Counted from the stretch's first letter, positions 41,787 to 52,973 are shown. The stretch: 64,000 nt of DNA from a virus (IMGVR_UViG_3300045596_000094:32001-96000), one strand, 5' to 3'. Made by a program: numbers and translations. The notes: generated from the letters alone by a model not told the origin.

Positions 41787-44700
41787 TTAAGTGTTGTAGT
41801 TAATCAACATGTCGTAATTAACCATGCGACGATTATCAACTTCAATACGATGTGTACTTGTTTCGTAACTGAAACCAGCGATATCAAAGTCAAAGGTTAG
41901 CAACCAATAGTAGTTACTGTCCTCGCCACCGAGGTTTACAACATGATTCAAATGGAAGCGTCGATAGTAGGTATCATTGACAGTAAATGTCTCAACAAAT
42001 TGTTGTAACGTGAACTGACGGGTGATTGTAGTACGACTATCGAAATAAGAACCAATAACCATTTGCTTATTGGCAGCAACATTATAAAGTGCCATGATGA
42101 CATTATACGTCGCAGTGTCAAGCTGTAACGGGATAGGGGCATACCAACGATTAGCTGGAGCAATCGCATTCGCTACGAACGTAGTTAAACGACTGGTTCT
42201 ATTCAAATCGATAGTTTCCATTTCCACAGCTTCAGTAAACTCGAAATATGGCACCATGTTTGCCGCACCATACGGTGTTTGAACTAAGGAGACAATTCGA
42301 GCATACTGGGTTGCATCGTTATGCACGTCCTGCCAGTAAGATGCTGTAGGTGGCACGGTGATTGTAGAGTTATGGGTCAGAACTAAGGTATTTGGTCTGA
42401 AGTCATTTTTGACACCATCCCAATCCAAGTCAAATTCCACATTCTCTAGCTTCTCGCCATGGGTAAACTCTAGGAAGCGATATGCAACATCCCCATCCAC
42501 TACCGTATTCTTATCCGCTAAGAACATCGGAGCATTAAACTCAATGAGTACCGGTCGTTCACCGGTTTCCGTCATGATGGTGCGTCGTTCTCGGTAGACA
42601 ATACCATCCTGTTCCGTTAGGGTCTTTATGGCATTCATCGATTGCTTGTTCACGAAGAGCGAAATCGCGTAACGAATACCTGTAGGATCTTCACGGTATG
42701 GGACGGTTGTTTTTACTGTCACAGCCGAATCATTTGTCCAAGTCGTTTCCACCTTAGCCAATATGGTTGTATCGTCCTTAAGTGCGCCCTGGGCTTTACC
42801 CACCGCCATGATATTCGCTGTCAATTGTGTTGGTGTCACTTTCGACATGATACGTGGATCTTCCGGTTTAGCAGCCATGGTGTACTGTAGATAAACCGCT
42901 GTGGTGCCGGTCTCAGTATCCATTAAGTTACCGTCCCAGTCGTAACGATAATTGTATTGGGCATTGTTTGTCAAAGCGTATGCCTCGTCAACAAAGTAAT
43001 ACTCATCACCACTGACTAGGATGTTCGCTAATAACTCATCGCGCATCATTGTTTTTGCAACACCACCAGACAATGCACGCATCACTGGAGTAGTTGCATC
43101 TAATGCGAGAATTTTGTTATAGGTCTTCTCCGTAATAGAGAAGGCTAGCAAAGTACCTTGTGCTTTGGTGCTGTACGGGAACGCTGCTTTATACGTTAAT
43201 CCTGTTAAATACGGAATAACCTCTGAGTTGAAGTATTCTGATTTGTGAGTGCTCTTATCCCATTCCTGCATCACCCACTCAGGGGTGGTTACCGGTGTCA
43301 TTCGAGCAATTTCTGCCATTTCAAATCGCACCATCGCTTTCGCCGTGTACGATTCGTAATAGTATTCAGAATCACCATCAAAGTCCAGAACTAAGTTAAA
43401 CGATTCTGGGATGGTTTGGTAATTTGTCTGCGTAACAAAGAACGGGTTGTTCTCGTAGATTGTTAATGCATCCAAAAACTCTTTTGCTGTATATGACTTC
43501 GACAGGGCATCGTTCTTCCAGATTTGGATTCCCTTGAAGTTATCTTCTTCTGCAACCAATCTCTCTAATTCTTCAATCGTGTCATCTGGGATAACATAGC
43601 TGATAGCTACTGTACGGCTGGCTTCGTTAGTCGGATAGAAAGCATCAATAATCCAAAGGTCATCTTCATCTTGGGATTCAGTCACACGTGCGGTGCGGAC
43701 AACGTTGTTTGCAATTTGTTTCTGAGCAATTGCAGCTTTGACCAGCACATCTGTAGACGGTACAACGTATACTTTAAATGTACGTCCATCGCCAGGTTTC
43801 CAACCCTCACGACGACGAACTACGGTGATAATGGTATTACCGATACCGAACTCTAAAGTTCGAATGTCGTAAGTACCATATACGTTCACTACTTCTAAGT
43901 CAGGGGTATAGCGGTAAACACGTACAGGGTAAATCCAACCACCACGGTCTAAGTCTTGAATTGATCCATTGATCAACTTTTCAGCTGTCACTTTCACATT
44001 CTGTAACTTTATAACCACTTGATTTGATTTGCGTTCATAAGTACGTTTAATCGCTTCCCAAGAAACATCGTCGATGAACAAACCGTAAACAGCATAGTCA
44101 TCTGTCCCTTTACGTGGAACTTGTAACTCGACCTGATAGCTCCCACCAGTACCTACGATGTCATCAATAGGCATGCCCGTCATCTTACCATCAATGAACC
44201 CTTTCTCTGTGAGTGTGTTTAATTGAGTAGCGGTGAAATGAACAGGGGTAACGATCGAAGGTTTTAATTCCTTTACGTTAACTGTGATAGAATAGTTATC
44301 GGTATGCGTTGGAGAAACCAAAGCCGATGCAGTGACATTAATCACACCCGTTTGAGTTGGGTAGTGTTTATTGTCTACGTAGAAATAGAAATCCTGACCA
44401 AGTTGAATAAAGCTATTCATGATGTCGTTACAACCGTAGTTATAAGTCTGTCCATTTACAGCAATAGTCAATGCAAGGGCATTGGATGCTACGTTCGCGG
44501 GATCGGAGATGATGTCCCAAACGTCTACAGGAATGCGGAAAGTATAGCCGTAAGTATTTGTTCTTGGCATCTCGTAAATGATGTCCGCAACATACTCCAC
44601 TTTACCATCCACCGTACGGAAACCGTAAACGATTGGGTTTTCAATTTGATAGTTTTCAATAATCTCTTTGTCCAATAAAGACCGGAAGATTGTTTTCTCT

Positions 44701-47700
44701 ACCAAACTTACAGGCGTGAACGCATGATGGTAATCGTTAACTGGAACGATCTTCGCATATTCGTAAGTCGACGAAGGACCAACAAATACGGTAAACAGGG
44801 CACGCCCATCAGTAGCATCATCAATGACTTCAACAAACCCAGTAGGGCTAATTGAAACAGAAGCCAGCGGGTCTGCTTTCCAATAGATCACTGGATCAGA
44901 TACACGATCCGGCTCGTAGGTCACGGTTAACTGGAACTTATCACCGCGAGTGATTGTTTCAGGTACGCCATGAATTTCGATCTTCGTTGGAAGTTGCGGT
45001 ACGATATTGGCAACTTTACTGAACACTTCACCGTTCACATATACAGTTACTCGGACCTCACCAACATCCACCCCATCAAGGGTAAATGTTCCATCCCCAT
45101 TATCCACCATTTGATCAGGACCTTTAACTTCCATCACTGGACCTTCTGTGATGTACGCATTTTCAGGTACAATCTTGAAGCTTGGTGTGAAAGTTGAAAA
45201 GTCAGGTAACTCATCAGGAAGATTAATTTCCACATCGGTTACTGGGATATCAATTGGGATTTTACCTGAAACCGTCATACCTGTACGCGTATGTGTGAAC
45301 TTAACAGTGACTTCACGCTGAGTTGTGTTCGGAGTGAACAGATTCCCATCAGTAATCTCACCTGCTGTTGCAGGGATGATTTCCCAAGTACCCGTTGGAT
45401 CAGTTGCATCTGCAGGGGTAAATTGCACATCTAAACGACGTACCTTGTTTGCAGGCGCTAATTGTAATACCCAAGGCGGAATAGTGATTGCAGTAGGTTC
45501 AACTGCCTGAATTGCAACATCGCGAGTAGCAGTTACCCCATTGGCAACAACGGTTACAGCAACGGTCTTTCCACCTTCATTAAAGAGCCGTACCATGTTG
45601 CCGTCATAGAGTTCCGTTTCCGGATTGTTTGGAACAATTGACCAAGTAACTGGATCAATATCCGCACCCGCTGGGTCAGGCACAACAGATAGACTCATGG
45701 TTTTATTATCGATCGGTACGACGGGATTAGTGACGATCGTTAAACTACGTGCAGGTTGGTCTACCGGGAAAGCGAATTCAGCAGTTATTCCGTCAACAGT
45801 ATAGCTTCCAGACAAAATCTTGATGTCATCAGCCAGTACTGTGATTGTTGGACCTTCACCGATAATAACTTTCGACTTATCTACGTTATAAACCCATTCA
45901 CCCTCACCAAGGATTGTTGCATTGGTTGGAGTGTGTGTGAGAATCAATGGTTCTGTACGATCACGAACTAATTTAGATCCGGCAATTGTAACAGTCATCG
46001 CTTCCAATGGAACAGGGAGGATCTCATATTCACGTTCGTCAACTTTACCACCAACAGTGTAACGTACTTTAACCAGTTTTCCAATCTGATTACTGGCAGT
46101 TATAGTTGTCCCAGAGATAGTAGCGAATTCCCCACCTTCTACAATTTCCCAAACACCGTCTTTTGGATCAACAGCTGCTGGTGGGTACAGGGCATATCTT
46201 AAAGCTGATGATTCTTCTGAGCGGAGGTAGTCTGGTGCTAAAGCGATACTGACGGAGATAAGCGGTTGGTTCACCTTAACCTCTACAGACCCTACAATCG
46301 CATTAGGTGAGGTGTACTGCACCGTAACCGAGGTAACTAACGGGGAAGTAACTGTTACCTTACCATCCGCGGTGACTGTACCGGCTACTTCTGGAATTAA
46401 AGCCCATGTACCACCAAGATAATCAGCATTAACTGGGCGCTCTGTAATTACGAAAGGTGCCGATTCAACATCGCGGGTCAATTCCTGACTAGCTATTGTC
46501 ATACTGACCAAGACACGTTCACGTATATGAACTGTTTTAGTTACAGTAAACACCTTGTTGCCCAGGTTAGGGTCAGCAGCAAAGGTTGCCTTAACTAAGA
46601 TATCTGTACCGAAGAACTCTTTGGTTGTATGGATAACCTTATTATCGACATCCAGTGTAACACCTTCAGGAATAGGTTCAACTAATTCCCAAGTGAGTTC
46701 GGTTGTAGGGAGGAGTGCATCTTTAGGTACCGCAACAACAGCAAGAGGATAGTCATCTTGAGCAATAACGAAATCTTCACCTGCGATAGCAATACCTGTT
46801 AAATCAGGATATTTAACATAGGTGCTGTCTGATGCGGTCATGGTGTCGATCGTACCTACTACGGTAATGATTGACTCATAAGGAGCCCCATTCAATAGTA
46901 GGCGACCATCCACAACAGAGGCGTTTGCCACAGGAGGGACAATCTTAAAGTCCATTTCTGCAACTGTGATGTATTCAGGAACGATGGTGATCTTAACCGG
47001 GTTATCTGAGTTAGCCTCAACTTGGTCAGGGAGTTCAATGGTAAACTCTTTCGGTTTAGAGGATGCAAACATCTGATACTGTAATAAATGTTCGGTCGGA
47101 TCATTTGGCAGCATGTAACGAAGCTCAACAACGAAGTCTTTCTGTTTCAACGTATATACGTCTATTGAAAGCTTTCCATCTGCGGTGATATTCACACCCT
47201 CAATTGAAGACCAGCGAACATTCTCTAATTCATCTAAAGCCTCATCAGGTTTAATGATGTAAGTCAATTGACGAATTTCACCGTCCTCTACAGCGATTCC
47301 TTCTTTTGCATCGTAAATCGCAACCGTTTTGATGTACGGTCGAGCCAAGGTAATCTTCTTACTTACAGTAACCTGATCCACACGGAGGAATAATTCTACT
47401 TCCCCTTCAAATTTCCGCGCCTCTAATCGACCCCATCCAGAATGATAAACTAAACTACCTTCCTGAACAACCCACCAACTAGAATATCGCGGAGTGTATT
47501 CTGGAGGCATGTGTGTCCACTTATACTGATGCGATTCGTACATCGGTAATACGTCAGGACCTACGATTTGTAAATCATCGATTTTGACTTTCGGCTCAGT
47601 AACCGCGATTACATGATAGACAGTTAAACCATCAACAACACATGTAATCAAATGAGTTCCAGGATCGATCGCTGTAAGTAGACCACCCTCAGTGATGATT

Positions 47701-48893
47701 GATTTATTTGTAGACCATACCGGTGTTTCTACCGGTACATAGTTGGAATCTACGAAACGTAAGCCTAGCTGTTCAGTATCACCGTATTCCAGCTCTGTAC
47801 GCCCCGTAATGACAGCGCGAACTAATACTGGGGGTTCACCAGGGATTCGCACTACCTGAACCTCTAAACGCGCTACAAGCGCATCTACGATAGCAATCAC
47901 CGTAAAGGTGGTCTCAACTGCATCTTCTGCAACTGTAATGCGTCCAGTTTCGGAATCAATACTGATGCCGTCTAGGGTAATATTGGAGCTGATAGACCAG
48001 ATCGGGTAACGAGGTTTGACATACGCCCCGTCGGGTTTAACAATTAATGTAGGGGTTTGTTCTTCCCCTGGGTGCATTAGTGTAGAACCTTGGATTGTGA
48101 TGCTTGTTGGATCAATAACATCGCCTTGGTTTGGATCGAGTGTCACAACGTATGTTGCTTCTTTCCCGTCAATCGTTACCACCACTGTAAATTCTTCAAC
48201 AGTAGCTAAACGGTCAGTATAAACTAATCCAGTATCAGAATTGATATAAATACCCGTAGGGTCATCCGCACGAATAGACCAAACCATAGAGATCGGTACG
48301 TAGTCGGGTTCAACCCAAGTGGCTGAGAACTGCACAGGTTTACCATAACGAATTACGCGATCCCCGGCAATGAAAATAGTTTTTAATACTGGGAACGGAT
48401 GGTCGATATCAAACACACCTAAAGTAACATGCCCTGTATATCCTACAGATGTTGACTTGGCAGTTAGTACGCCTACCTCTTTCTCAGTAGCTCGCCACGT
48501 TACTTCATCTGGATCGATATGTAGTAGTGGTGCTAGCGCTTTGATCGCATCTTCTTTATTGTTTGCAGCATCAACAATATGTCTACGAATACTGTTGAAT
48601 TTACCACCTGCCATACGGACAGCTTGCTCTAAGTCTAAACGTTTAACAAAAACGTGACGTAATTCATAGCGATCATTATCAGGAATTTCAAACAACAACC
48701 CAGGGTATTTATCTACCTTTACATGAAGGATTGTATTGAACTGCCCTGTCTGATCTAAAAAGAAACGAACGTTAACGACTTCAAAATTATCTTCCGTTAA
48801 GAAGTTACGATATTCTTTCTGATTACGCAAAGAGACAAGTGATTGCACTAAAGGCTTGAGTGTTCCGAAATCGAACATTTTTAGCTCCATCAA
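41787..48893 (-). CDS. Giant tail fibre-like protein: anchor module, ~14 Ig-like (Big_2-type) repeats, 6 C-terminal ~155-aa repeats
   Basis: 2368 aa; repeated ..SITI.G......G....L.....P.......WS.......I...G...T...V pattern. Confidence 0.78.
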   Translation of the reverse strand: MMELKMFDFGTLKPLVQSLVSLRNQKEYRNFLTEDNFEVVNVRFFLDQTGQFNTILHVKVDKYPGLLFEIPDNDRYELRHVFVKRLDLEQAVRMAGGKFNSIRRHIVDAANNKEDAIKALAPLLHIDPDEVTWRATEKEVGVLTAKSTSVGYTGHVTLGVFDIDHPFPVLKTIFIAGDRVIRYGKPVQFSATWVEPDYVPISMVWSIRADDPTGIYINSDTGLVYTDRLATVEEFTVVVTIDGKEATYVVTLDPNQGDVIDPTSITIQGSTLMHPGEEQTPTLIVKPDGAYVKPRYPIWSISSNITLDGISIDSETGRITVAEDAVETTFTVIAIVDALVARLEVQVVRIPGEPPVLVRAVITGRTELEYGDTEQLGLRFVDSNYVPVETPVWSTNKSIITEGGLLTAIDPGTHLITCVVDGLTVYHVIAVTEPKVKIDDLQIVGPDVLPMYESHQYKWTHMPPEYTPRYSSWWVVQEGSLVYHSGWGRLEARKFEGEVELFLRVDQVTVSKKITLARPYIKTVAIYDAKEGIAVEDGEIRQLTYIIKPDEALDELENVRWSSIEGVNITADGKLSIDVYTLKQKDFVVELRYMLPNDPTEHLLQYQMFASSKPKEFTIELPDQVEANSDNPVKITIVPEYITVAEMDFKIVPPVANASVVDGRLLLNGAPYESIITVVGTIDTMTASDSTYVKYPDLTGIAIAGEDFVIAQDDYPLAVVAVPKDALLPTTELTWELVEPIPEGVTLDVDNKVIHTTKEFFGTDILVKATFAADPNLGNKVFTVTKTVHIRERVLVSMTIASQELTRDVESAPFVITERPVNADYLGGTWALIPEVAGTVTADGKVTVTSPLVTSVTVQYTSPNAIVGSVEVKVNQPLISVSIALAPDYLRSEESSALRYALYPPAAVDPKDGVWEIVEGGEFATISGTTITASNQIGKLVKVRYTVGGKVDEREYEILPVPLEAMTVTIAGSKLVRDRTEPLILTHTPTNATILGEGEWVYNVDKSKVIIGEGPTITVLADDIKILSGSYTVDGITAEFAFPVDQPARSLTIVTNPVVPIDNKTMSLSVVPDPAGADIDPVTWSIVPNNPETELYDGNMVRLFNEGGKTVAVTVVANGVTATRDVAIQAVEPTAITIPPWVLQLAPANKVRRLDVQFTPADATDPTGTWEIIPATAGEITDGNLFTPNTTQREVTVKFTHTRTGMTVSGKIPIDIPVTDVEINLPDELPDFSTFTPSFKIVPENAYITEGPVMEVKGPDQMVDNGDGTFTLDGVDVGEVRVTVYVNGEVFSKVANIVPQLPTKIEIHGVPETITRGDKFQLTVTYEPDRVSDPVIYWKADPLASVSISPTGFVEVIDDATDGRALFTVFVGPSSTYEYAKIVPVNDYHHAFTPVSLVEKTIFRSLLDKEIIENYQIENPIVYGFRTVDGKVEYVADIIYEMPRTNTYGYTFRIPVDVWDIISDPANVASNALALTIAVNGQTYNYGCNDIMNSFIQLGQDFYFYVDNKHYPTQTGVINVTASALVSPTHTDNYSITVNVKELKPSIVTPVHFTATQLNTLTEKGFIDGKMTGMPIDDIVGTGGSYQVELQVPRKGTDDYAVYGLFIDDVSWEAIKRTYERKSNQVVIKLQNVKVTAEKLINGSIQDLDRGGWIYPVRVYRYTPDLEVVNVYGTYDIRTLEFGIGNTIITVVRRREGWKPGDGRTFKVYVVPSTDVLVKAAIAQKQIANNVVRTARVTESQDEDDLWIIDAFYPTNEASRTVAISYVIPDDTIEELERLVAEEDNFKGIQIWKNDALSKSYTAKEFLDALTIYENNPFFVTQTNYQTIPESFNLVLDFDGDSEYYYESYTAKAMVRFEMAEIARMTPVTTPEWVMQEWDKSTHKSEYFNSEVIPYLTGLTYKAAFPYSTKAQGTLLAFSITEKTYNKILALDATTPVMRALSGGVAKTMMRDELLANILVSGDEYYFVDEAYALTNNAQYNYRYDWDGNLMDTETGTTAVYLQYTMAAKPEDPRIMSKVTPTQLTANIMAVGKAQGALKDDTTILAKVETTWTNDSAVTVKTTVPYREDPTGIRYAISLFVNKQSMNAIKTLTEQDGIVYRERRTIMTETGERPVLIEFNAPMFLADKNTVVDGDVAYRFLEFTHGEKLENVEFDLDWDGVKNDFRPNTLVLTHNSTITVPPTASYWQDVHNDATQYARIVSLVQTPYGAANMVPYFEFTEAVEMETIDLNRTSRLTTFVANAIAPANRWYAPIPLQLDTATYNVIMALYNVAANKQMVIGSYFDSRTTITRQFTLQQFVETFTVNDTYYRRFHLNHVVNLGGEDSNYYWLLTFDFDIAGFSYETSTHRIEVDNRRMVNYDMLINYNT

Positions 48894-48919
48894 TTCACTT
48901 TTATTATTTCGACGAATAA

Positions 48920-48960
48920 TTTAACCCCCTCCCGAAAGGGAAGGGGTTAAACGCTTTATG
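48920..48960. terminator. Hairpin upstream of the giant Ig gene
   Basis: TTTAACCCCCTCCC-GAAA-GGGAAGGGGTTAAA. Confidence 0.7.
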
Positions 48961-49011
48961 GGGGGTTAATTTGGTTTGCGTTTACATAACCGAATTAACA
49001 AATTACTTTGG

Positions 49012-49548
49012 TTAAGACGCATATACTGGTGTGGTGATATCAACACGCAATGAGCCTGTATAGCCTACAGACATCTTAGAGAATGTAACCATCACACAAA
49101 CCACACCTTGACCGATTGGTTGCGCTACGATGTCTTCAGGAGTGATCTTCAAGCCAAAACGTGTAGCAAAACCTTCAGCTAAACCCTGAGTGTTATCTGG
49201 CGCTGCTTCCATCGCGAGATAAACCACACCGCCAATACCGTAGGTCTTGATAATCTCATCAGCTGTGATTTGCTGAATAGCGACACCACGTTCAATATAA
49301 CGGTTACGCGGTTCAACGAAGTTAAACGGTACGTTGTTAGCTTCGCGGTCGATACGAAAGATTGCTCGCGCAGTACGTCGTGCGTTACCAGTGATTGGTC
49401 GAACGTCAATAAGTTCTGCGTTCTTTTTCAAACCCGTTTTCTCATCATCTTCAGCTAGGACTAAAAACCAAGAATGTTTATAGTTCGCTTGATCGATGAA
49501 GCGTTGTTTACTTGATAGGGTCAAGTCTAGCCCATTAGCAAATGCCAT
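49012..49548 (-). CDS. Tail anchor-module protein (gp130/131-like domain)
   Basis: 178 aa; ends FGLKITPEDI...SVGYTGSLRV; paralog of 36261..36788. Confidence 0.7.
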   Translation of the reverse strand: MAFANGLDLTLSSKQRFIDQANYKHSWFLVLAEDDEKTGLKKNAELIDVRPITGNARRTARAIFRIDREANNVPFNFVEPRNRYIERGVAIQQITADEIIKTYGIGGVVYLAMEAAPDNTQGLAEGFATRFGLKITPEDIVAQPIGQGVVCVMVTFSKMSVGYTGSLRVDITTPVYAS

Positions 49549-49726
49549 TGGTTCTTTCCTTTTATTCGAATAGGAAGCAACGTGAAAGTTAAACGCCCCG
49601 ACAGTTCTTCATATCAAACTACCGCAATGTGAAAAATAAAAAAATAGCTACGTATTTGTTGGTAGGGTCAAAGAAATACAGACAAGTAACCTTCATGTGC
49701 TCAGTTTGAACGTTCATATAATCCCA

Positions 49727-49752
49727 TCGCTAGAGCCCTAGGGCTCTAGCGA
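49727..49752. terminator. Perfect 26-bp palindrome after the 49765..50874 gene
   Basis: TCGCTAGAGCCCTAGGGCTCTAGCGA. Confidence 0.65.
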
Positions 49753-49764
49753 CAGTGGGTAGGG

Positions 49765-50874
49765 TTATTCGGTTTTTGCGAGTAGCGTAATTGGGCGTTC
49801 TGCTGTGACACCGTCCGCAACTGTCTTCAGATTGATGATTGTATTTTCAGTCACTTCTTTGAAGGTGATACGCATTTGCGGTGCATCTGGGTTGAATGGT
49901 TCGATAGATTCCACTAATTCTGGATGGTCGGTACTATCTACACGGCTACGTAATTTGAATGGTTGCAATTCTTCATTACGTACAGTTATACCCCAAGCGT
50001 ATGTGCCTGGGGATTGCACTGAAGGTGCTCCTGCAATGACAACGTCTTTAGCAGGGCCGGCGTATGTATTGAACTGACCAATCGTAACAAATGCTTTACG
50101 ATCTTTACTCCATGCCTGAGCCATTAAACTATCAAACTTAGTTGACTCACCTGGATCAAATGGAATAACAGTTAATTCATTTGGTTTAGCGATGAAGGTC
50201 AGCTCATCGTAAATATTAGAACCGTAATACATAGCAGCTAAGAAACGAACTTCTTCAGTAAGCTTTTCACCGGTAACCACCAAATAGTTCATTTGCCCTA
50301 ACGTAATATCTGGGAGTCGCGTAGCCCCTGTTGGGTCTGTTGTAACATACGCACCAGAGAAATCATCACCTTCTTTAACCCAGCGCGGACCGCTGGCTTC
50401 ATCCTCTTCCGTGGTAATTGTGATTTTACCAGTGAAACCCAATGAAGTTACCTTGGCGCGAATTGCTGCTGATGTTTCAGTAGATGGAAGTAGCTCCAAT
50501 TCGTCCGCATCGAAATTAATTAGTTTCCCGATAGACGTAATAAAAGCGTCCACTGAACTAATATCGGAAACTTTCACACGGTTCATGCTATCGAGACCAA
50601 CACCGGCCTGTTTCATTGCATCCAGCAATGAGATACGTGTGAATGGTACACGTCGTTTAGTGTAGCGTTCACTATGGGGGATTTCTAAAGTTGTTCCAGG
50701 GAACAGATCAATTTCGACTTCCGCAATAGCGTTATATACTTGGCGGGCTTCTGAATAAGGACGGATGCTCAGAACCTTATAATTTTCCTCGCTTAATAAT
50801 TTCGCCAGCATCGGAGCATTGACAGTTTTGACAATGTCCTCGATTTGAGTTGGGCGTTCTAACAGGTTTGACAT
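49765..50874 (-). CDS. Tail protein: anchor module (paralog of the giant Ig protein N-terminus) plus Ig-like C-terminus
   Basis: L.EENY.V....N.I..V.ID.FPG..LEIP.SERY..R.V...R..L..A...AG...AK.TS.G.TG shared with the start of 41787..48893. Confidence 0.72.
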   Translation of the reverse strand: MSNLLERPTQIEDIVKTVNAPMLAKLLSEENYKVLSIRPYSEARQVYNAIAEVEIDLFPGTTLEIPHSERYTKRRVPFTRISLLDAMKQAGVGLDSMNRVKVSDISSVDAFITSIGKLINFDADELELLPSTETSAAIRAKVTSLGFTGKITITTEEDEASGPRWVKEGDDFSGAYVTTDPTGATRLPDITLGQMNYLVVTGEKLTEEVRFLAAMYYGSNIYDELTFIAKPNELTVIPFDPGESTKFDSLMAQAWSKDRKAFVTIGQFNTYAGPAKDVVIAGAPSVQSPGTYAWGITVRNEELQPFKLRSRVDSTDHPELVESIEPFNPDAPQMRITFKEVTENTIINLKTVADGVTAERPITLLAKTE

Positions 50875-50889
50875 TTTGTTGCTCCGTGT

Positions 50890-52944
50890 TTAAGATGTGC
50901 TTTCAGTATAAAGAACATCTGCTTTCAATACTTTGTTGTCCAATTTACGAGTGAACGTAAATGTTTGTCTATGTGTTTTATTTGTGTTAACCGCAGGTTC
51001 CTGAACCCGCATGCGGCAAACAATATACGCGCCTTCGACCCGATGTGGGAAAGAAATCGGGAAACCATCTGGGGTTGTTACTAACTCATTCTTTATGGTC
51101 TGAGTGCCCAATATTTCAACATTTGTTACTTTAAACATATCGGGGGTATTCGGGTTTGCTGTCAACGCTTGACTAAAGAAGAAAGACTTCGGTAAATAAA
51201 TATCCACAGACATTTCACGCTGAGTGCCCGAATTAGCAGTTGACTTAAACTGATAACTATATTCAACATCAGACAGCCTTTCCACCACATTTGCCTCTGG
51301 CCGTAATACATTAGCACTAGGGTTAATTTTAGATGGACGCACGAACGTGAGTTTGGTTTCACTTAAAGAAAGATCTACTTCGTGACTCACATTAAAATAA
51401 ACAGCATCGCTATCTGGGAGTGCAGGGGTGCTAATGATGTAACCCTTACTCACACTCTTTTCAGGCTTCGACCAACCACTACTGATCATTAGCCAATAAT
51501 ACCCTTTATCTAAATAAACCCCACCCGGCTGACCGATAGATGGTTTTAGCTGGGCTTTCGTCATACCTACGCTTTCCTGAGGTCTGTTTCGATCAGGGGT
51601 GTATGATAATACTACAGTGGTATCGCTAACACTATCGAACCAACGTTTTGAGATACCCATACCTTCAGGGATGTATGCGGGTTGGAGATTACCAACAAAG
51701 ACAGGCTCATCACCCACCCAACTACGCGGATCAACTTCCGTGACTTTGTAATTTAGATCACCCATAGCTCGTGCTGCTAAACTATAACCCGTCAGTGGGT
51801 AAATGCCGTTTTGTTTAAAATCATTTACCATCTTATCCGGAAATTTACCCCAGATAGCCCGTTCATTCAAACTCGTACCTGCGATACTTTCGTTGATCAC
51901 TAAGTATGTTGTTTCACCAACAACAAGATCCCTATATTTGATAACAACGATTCTCTCATTTGGACCTTCGGTGAAATAGTCCATCGGGAAAGTATACAGT
52001 TGTAAATCTGGATCGTAGAAACTTCCAACTATAGCATCCAATTCCTGTAAACTATATTGTTTCGAACCGCCATGACCTTTTGTTGTGGTCTTGGTCATTT
52101 CAATAATAGGCTTACTGTAGTCAGCGGATGAGCGTAACGGCTCCACCCATTCGGGACGTAAAGCTAAACGTAACCCTACCCCTCGGACATCCGGTGAATC
52201 TAAATCATTATCCTCGATCTTGAGTTGGTATTTTAAACCAACGGAAGAAAAAGTAACTAGATTAGAATCGATTGGGGGTACTGAACCGCTAAAAGTTCGT
52301 CGATAAAGAAAACAGCTATATTTACTCTGTGGTATTGCTTCAGCATCCGGGAGGCTGTCAGGATTATGAAGTTGGTACATGATAAATCGCAAACGACTAT
52401 TCGCCGCAAAAGATATCTGATCAAGATATAAATCTTGAAGATAACTAGCGGCGAGGCGCGGATTTTTAAAATCTTTACTACTCTGTAACACGTAGAGATC
52501 CTTACCCAACATGTAACCGACAACGACCTCACCCACACCCGATAATGCACCCGCTTTCAAATCGAACACACAACGCGGACTATATGCCCCATCCGGTAAT
52601 GGAATGGTTGTGAAGTTACCGTTTGGGATTGGGTAACGGAGATACGACTTCCCATCGGTTTCAGTGTACGCGATTACAGGATAATTTTCTCTATCAAAAC
52701 ATATTCCGAATTCATTTATTTTTGCATTCGTATAAATGACTATCGAGGTAATTGAACCTTTCGGTGTGCCAACAATTTGCCCATTGCGCATAAGGAATGT
52801 CCAAAGCGTTGATCTCGGCTCGGTTATTGCTGTACCGATAGCCTTACCTGCTAATGCATAATCTTGACGAAGTGCACCTTTACGAAGTGGTACTTCTATC
52901 GTATCTGACACTGGCGGCCAGTCAAAACCGTATTTGGGTAACAT
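50890..52944 (-). CDS. Putative tail-tip protein
   Basis: 684 aa; N-terminal DY.LAG.AI...W...FD...YP.IAY...YLRY module resembling phage tail-tip proteins; C-terminal repeats resembling those of the giant Ig protein. Confidence 0.55.
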   Translation of the reverse strand: MLPKYGFDWPPVSDTIEVPLRKGALRQDYALAGKAIGTAITEPRSTLWTFLMRNGQIVGTPKGSITSIVIYTNAKINEFGICFDRENYPVIAYTETDGKSYLRYPIPNGNFTTIPLPDGAYSPRCVFDLKAGALSGVGEVVVGYMLGKDLYVLQSSKDFKNPRLAASYLQDLYLDQISFAANSRLRFIMYQLHNPDSLPDAEAIPQSKYSCFLYRRTFSGSVPPIDSNLVTFSSVGLKYQLKIEDNDLDSPDVRGVGLRLALRPEWVEPLRSSADYSKPIIEMTKTTTKGHGGSKQYSLQELDAIVGSFYDPDLQLYTFPMDYFTEGPNERIVVIKYRDLVVGETTYLVINESIAGTSLNERAIWGKFPDKMVNDFKQNGIYPLTGYSLAARAMGDLNYKVTEVDPRSWVGDEPVFVGNLQPAYIPEGMGISKRWFDSVSDTTVVLSYTPDRNRPQESVGMTKAQLKPSIGQPGGVYLDKGYYWLMISSGWSKPEKSVSKGYIISTPALPDSDAVYFNVSHEVDLSLSETKLTFVRPSKINPSANVLRPEANVVERLSDVEYSYQFKSTANSGTQREMSVDIYLPKSFFFSQALTANPNTPDMFKVTNVEILGTQTIKNELVTTPDGFPISFPHRVEGAYIVCRMRVQEPAVNTNKTHRQTFTFTRKLDNKVLKADVLYTESTS

Positions 52945-52973
52945 GGGTTATCCTCTAGTTCTATTTCATAGTT

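Noticed and set aside
49619-49717. 32-codon minus-strand ORF (MNVQTEHMKVTCLYFF...) in a 216-bp intergenic gap
   Set aside because: No RBS, and it overlaps candidate promoter elements; not supportable without Ribo-seq
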